DNA from: an uncultured Lachnospiraceae bacterium
GTDB lineage: Bacteria > Bacillota > Clostridia > Lachnospirales > Lachnospiraceae
Assembly (NCBI GenBank): GCA_934351925.1
Contig: CAKRJT010000002.1
Span: 45,039-109,038, forward strand
Length of the DNA: 64,000 nt
Reading direction: 5' to 3'
How positions within the stretch are numbered: position 1 is the first letter of the stretch; each line of letters begins with the position of its first letter. Below, piece after piece: positions 61,583 to 64,000 of the stretch. The notes under the pieces were generated by a model. That model saw nothing but the letters and a program-made list of their open reading frames with translations, was not told the origin of the DNA and did not search any database. A program made the translations under genes and the position numbers.

Positions 61583-63325
61583 CTAATTACTCAACATAAA
61601 CAACCCATAAAACTTCTCTTTCCTCTCCATGAGCTCGTCAAACGTGCCGTACTCCGCAATACGCCCCTTATGCATCACAATTATTCCATCGTACTGCCTG
61701 AGTATGTTCTCCACAAGCTTATGCGTGATAACTATTGCTGTCATGTCTTTCTGGTTGAGAACCGTGTTCTCAATTTTTGCCGCCACCTCATTGTCAAGGC
61801 TCGAGGTAGCCTCGTCTAAGATGAGCACATCGGATTTTCTTAGCAGGGCTCTTGCAATCGCAATCCGCTGCTGTTCACCGCCTGACAGATTTTTGCCGTT
61901 CTCACCGACATTCTGTTCAAGTCCAAGAGAGTTATTTCTTACAACCTCCTCCAAGCCCGCATTTTTGACAGCCTGCGAAATCTCTGCCTCACCGTAATTT
62001 TTGTACATGGTGATATTATTTTTTAGTGTATCATCAAACATGAACACCTTCTGATGTATTATCGCCATTCTGCCGTACAGGACTTCCCTCGGAATATTTT
62101 TTATATCTGTAATATCCTTATTTTTTATATCTGTAATTTCTTTATCTTGGCAGAATATTGTTCCGCAATAATTGTCATAATACTGCATCAAAAGCTTTAT
62201 GAATGTGGATTTGCCCGAGCCGCTCCCTCCGACAATAGCGTATTTTCTGCCGCGCTCAAATGTAAAATTGATATCATGCAGTACATTTTTTCCTTCACTA
62301 TATGCGAATGAGACATTTTTTACGCTTATATCCCCGAGTGCCTCAATATGACAATCAGAATTTTCGGGCTCATCTGCACCACTTAAAAGTGCCTCTATTC
62401 TTCCCCGGATTTTCCTTGTACCTTTAAGTGACAGCAACGCGCTTGTCGCCTCACGCGCCTGATTATTTACGGTATGTCCAAGGTCGAGCGCTCCCATGGC
62501 AAGCGCGAGGGTTATTTTCCCCTTGGTTATAAGATACGCCGCGACAATATACTGTATTATGATAATCAGATATGTAATCAGTATCACAAAGCAGGAAAAC
62601 ATGTCATTTACCGAGCGGTATTTATACTTTTTCTGTTCCATGGACGACAGTGTGTCATCATACACTTCTTTAATTATTTTCTCTGCGCCAAAGCTTTTTA
62701 TAACCTCGTAACCGGCAAAAATATCCTTAATTCTGACATTGTATGCGGACATTCCCTGCATGTATGAGTCCGTCGCGTCAGATGTATATTTTCCCAATAA
62801 TGCAGGCACCGCGATTGTTGTAAAAGCGGTCACAATTATTACCAGTGCCATGTCGACCGAATAGAAAAAAAGTCCCGCCGCCGATATTACCGTCAAAATA
62901 ATTGTCTCCAAAAGATACGGCATCATTGACAGATAATTTCTCTCAGCCTTTTCAAGCTCATTGTTCATAACCGAGATGTATTCCGCCGTATTTTTCTCGC
63001 CGAAATCCCTGAAATCCTTCGACATAATTCCTGAAAAAACATCAGCTCTTATCTGCGTGTCCGTCTTTTTCAGAAAAGCTCTCAGCGCATACTTTTGGAG
63101 GCACTGTGTTCCAAAGAAAAATGCCAGCGTGACCACCCCCAGCGGAATAAGCCTTATAATGCTGTCCATGCTGACCTCTCCGACAGCCGCAAACACGCGC
63201 GATATGAAATATGATATTGCCACGACCGCCAGCGCCTGAATTACATCAGCCAGAATAAGCAATGTAAACCACAGCTTATTTTGATAAAAATATGAGTTTA
63301 TTGTCCTGTTTTTTGATTTGTCCAT
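61583..63325 (-). CDS. ABC exporter, fused permease/ATPase
   Basis: It has Walker A GGSGSGKST, the signature LSGGEQQR and Walker B LILDEATSSLD. The start MDKSKNRT at 63325 lies behind GAAGGGA; an alternative start is at 63364. Confidence 0.85.
   Translation of the reverse strand: MDKSKNRTINSYFYQNKLWFTLLILADVIQALAVVAISYFISRVFAAVGEVSMDSIIRLIPLGVVTLAFFFGTQCLQKYALRAFLKKTDTQIRADVFSGIMSKDFRDFGEKNTAEYISVMNNELEKAERNYLSMMPYLLETIILTVISAAGLFFYSVDMALVIIVTAFTTIAVPALLGKYTSDATDSYMQGMSAYNVRIKDIFAGYEVIKSFGAEKIIKEVYDDTLSSMEQKKYKYRSVNDMFSCFVILITYLIIIIQYIVAAYLITKGKITLALAMGALDLGHTVNNQAREATSALLSLKGTRKIRGRIEALLSGADEPENSDCHIEALGDISVKNVSFAYSEGKNVLHDINFTFERGRKYAIVGGSGSGKSTFIKLLMQYYDNYCGTIFCQDKEITDIKNKDITDIKNIPREVLYGRMAIIHQKVFMFDDTLKNNITMYKNYGEAEISQAVKNAGLEEVVRNNSLGLEQNVGENGKNLSGGEQQRIAIARALLRKSDVLILDEATSSLDNEVAAKIENTVLNQKDMTAIVITHKLVENILRQYDGIIVMHKGRIAEYGTFDELMERKEKFYGLFMLSN
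62097..62144 (-). repeat. In-frame 24-nt tandem duplication inside the ABC ATPase domain
   Basis: tatatctgtaat recurs with period 24 (62102-62113 and 62126-62137). It encodes KEITDIKN-KDITDIKN. Confidence 0.8.
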
Positions 63326-63445
63326 GAAAATTGTCCCTTCGTTTTTATTCAAGCGCTTTGACATTCATAACCTTATCACGCCCTCGTAAAACAGACCATG
63401 GCAAATCCGGAAAAATGTTTTTTGATTAACATTTTAGTTTTTATT

Positions 63446-63991
63446 TTAAATGCAAAAGTCCGGAACCTTCAAATCATACCTGCTGCACAAAGCTCTAATC
63501 GCATCAATTCTCCTTCTGTCACCGTAAACGCATGCAAGCGCATATGAATACTCCAACAGCTCAACACATTCCTCCGCTTTAAATGCGCTGCTATCGCCAT
63601 TTCTCTCGAGAATATTCTGTGCATATAAAAAAAAGAGCCGCGAAAGCCACTCAAATTCGTCAACCTTTACCGCCAGCTTAATCGCCCCGGCGAACTTTTG
63701 GCCTGCCGCCTCAATATTTCCAAGCTCTCTTAACAGCTCTCCCTCCTCCATGTTTTTCAGCACGCCCGCTATCTCACACTCATACGGCATCGGGTCAATA
63801 TAAGCCGGCTTGAACACCGAACCGTACAGCTCTATCCTGCTTTGTCCTCCCGCACTGCCGCAGTAAAATACCAAATCATCAATAATTCCCCACTCATTCT
63901 CAAACACCAGTATTCCATCACTGCTTTCGCCAAGCGCCGACACCTGCCTCAATGCCTCAGAAACCGCTTTATCCCCGGTCATGTCAGGCAT
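63446..63991 (-). CDS. Hypothetical cytoplasmic protein (181 aa)
   Basis: An uninterrupted ORF with plausible codon usage. I recognise no family. Confidence 0.45.
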   Translation of the reverse strand: MPDMTGDKAVSEALRQVSALGESSDGILVFENEWGIIDDLVFYCGSAGGQSRIELYGSVFKPAYIDPMPYECEIAGVLKNMEEGELLRELGNIEAAGQKFAGAIKLAVKVDEFEWLSRLFFLYAQNILERNGDSSAFKAEECVELLEYSYALACVYGDRRRIDAIRALCSRYDLKVPDFCI

Positions 63992-64000
63992 TTTTGTGAG

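Overview
This 64-kb chromosomal window comes from a Firmicute, probably a saccharolytic Clostridia/Lachnospiraceae (Butyrivibrio-like) organism. That assignment is inferred from SpoVG, GlgC/GlgD, a DnaD plus DnaI/DnaC-type loader, YwmB, B. subtilis-like ywlC-ywlE-rpiB-upp-atp synteny, and GH105/GH36 genes. I saw no rRNA, tRNA, CRISPR array, transposase or integrase. The left two thirds are mostly housekeeping: galK-GT-galT, spoVG, glgCD, murC, a helicase-loader operon behind a dense DnaA-box cluster, prs, a class A PBP and asnS. The window also holds two complete F1Fo ATP synthase operons on the same strand. Operon 1 sits at the ancestral upp-linked site, has atpZ/atpI, and its c subunit carries a Na+-type signature. 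Operon 2 has an H+-type c subunit and a covalent delta-alpha fusion gene. Other notable items are a minimal GGDEF cyclase fused to a ribbon-helix-helix tail with twin palindromic operators, a catalytically degenerate YwlE-like phosphatase, a YhgE/Pip paralog pair, and a two-component system next to a VTC/DUF4956/beta-helix lipoprotein cluster. The right end is accessory DNA. It contains an AT-rich islet with a translationally coupled ABC-type ATPase plus a 177-aa TOPRIM/RloB-like protein, which is the best candidate for a compact, poorly described defence module. Next to it lie a decayed LacI gene, a GH36 alpha-galactosidase and a DUF4160/DUF2442 pair. A GC-rich hairpin-plus-SD leader recurs three times, and a nested palindromic repeat recurs twice. 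All functional calls rest on motif recognition by eye; no database search was possible.
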